Source: Ginglymostoma cirratum (Eukaryota). Taken from it: 64,000 nt of DNA. The notes under the pieces are model-generated. The model had not been told where the DNA came from and ran no database searches. It saw only the letters and a list, made by a program, of their open reading frames with translations. The translations under genes and the position numbers were made by a program. The stretch is taken from the NCBI GenBank assembly GCA_024137785.1, contig JAHRHZ010000078.1:16528081-16592080 (forward strand), written 5' to 3'. Positions 62,699 to 64,000 of the stretch are shown one piece after another. Numbering within the stretch: position 1 is the first letter of the stretch; every line of letters begins with the position of its first letter.

Positions 62699-63159
62699 TA
62701 TTAGAACGTCGGCCAGGACTATGTACAAAAAAAAACCCAAGGATCTGCCTTGCCCTAGGTTCCAGGCCTTGTCTCTCCAGACATCTTTACATAAGCAGGC
62801 AATGAAACAAGAACAACAGTTATTTTCCTGTACAGTCCCATGACTGTTCCCACCCCTGTGGCCATTAGCTTGCCAAAGACCTCACAATCTAGCCAATTAA
62901 CAGCCCATATCAGGAAGGCACTGAATTCATTCCCCAGGAGTGGAATCAGGACTTGGAAAACAGTCAGTATCCCAAGCCTGCAGGAGCATTGTGCTCTAGG
63001 TGCTATTCTCTGTTCTCCGGGACAGTGCCTATAGAATAAGGCCACTAACTGCTGTTTGGACTTATCAGAAAATGAAAGAGTTCCAATAAAATCAAGCAGA
63101 AGATAGTCTCAGAGAAAGTGTAATCATACAATTTTTTTGTATCTTTGGGGAGAAGTATT

Positions 63160-63600
63160 ATTGCTCCATCAGTCAACTCTTGATCATTTGTAAAGTAATG
63201 GAAGGTGTCAATATCAGTGCTAGCATCAAGGAGCCCTAGCAAAACTGGAGTCAATATGAATCAGTGGGAAAACTCTTCATTAGTTAGAATCATACCTAGT
63301 GTAAAGGAAGATTGTTGCAGCTGTTGGAGGTCAGTCATCTCAGCTGTAGGATTTCTGTGCAGGAGTTCTTCAGGGTCGTGTCCTAAACCCAACCACCTTC
63401 AGATGCTTCAACAATGAACATTTTTCCAACATAAGGTCAGAAATGGGGAAGTTTGCTTATGATTGCAAATATTCAGCACTTCTTACATACTGCAACAGTC
63501 TATGACCAAATGTGATAGGACCTGGGGAGTATTCAACTTTGCCTGGCAAATGGCAAGTAACATTCATACCATATGGATGCCAGTCAGTGACTATCTCCAA
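63160..63600 (+). mobile_element. CR1/L2-group LINE RT remnant
   Basis: SISQLLIICKVMEGV, AGVLQGRVLNPTTF and FAYDC (FADD-like) remnants. Confidence 0.7.
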
Positions 63601-63607
63601 CATTGTG

Positions 63608-63772
63608 TACATTTAAGATTGAGATAGGTGGGTTCTTGATTATAAAGGGGATCAAGGTTTACGGGGAGAAGGCAGGAGAGTGGGGTTGAGGAACTTATCA
63701 GCCATGATTGAATGGCGGAGCAGATTCGATGGGCCGAATGGCCTAATTTCTGCTCCAATGTCTTATGGTCTT
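63608..63772 (+). mobile_element. Young CR1 3' UTR fragment
   Basis: tcagccatgattgaatggcggagcagattcgatgggccgaatggccta...tcttatggtctt, with CpGs retained. Confidence 0.85.
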
Positions 63773-64000
63773 AAGGGAGTATTTATTCTGAGAAAGAATG
63801 GTAAACTAACACTCAGATGAAAGTTGGCAAGGAGACAATGGTCACTTCATGTTATGGATAGCTGTCCCAAGGCTATTGGTCAAAAGGCTTCAGACAATTG
63901 ATTGCACTGCATAAGCTACATGCCTGTAGAAATATGATATAACAGTAAGTGCTCGGGGTCAGAGGGGAGTTCTCATCAAGTAGTTGTCATCAGGCATCCT

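Overview
Non-coding, repeat-rich eukaryotic genomic DNA (intergenic or deep intronic), most likely from a shark or other elasmobranch, judging by an HE1-type V-SINE, a DeuSINE, many CR1 LINEs and shark-type Penelope and Harbinger fossils. I found no intact host protein-coding gene, tRNA, rRNA or CRISPR array. The ORF track consists of transposon fragments or chance ORFs. Recognisable elements are CR1, L2, RTE, Rex1/Babar and Tx1 LINE remnants, tRNA-derived SINEs, an internally deleted Gypsy element with paired LTRs, PIF/Harbinger transposase and Myb/SANT fossils, and a Tigger-like MITE. The most notable signal is a set of short Penelope-like insertions from three sequence families. Three have clean 11-14 bp target-site duplications. 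They carry minimal hammerhead-ribozyme cores (CUGANGA...GAAA with a palindromic stem III), and their ends or inversion points fall at the ribozyme. One forms a perfect inverted repeat around a 400-N assembly gap. A few repeat-free segments look regulatory (CpG-retaining patches, a CTCF-like motif, TAAT-rich tracts). All family calls are by-eye motif recognition, and fossil boundaries are approximate.
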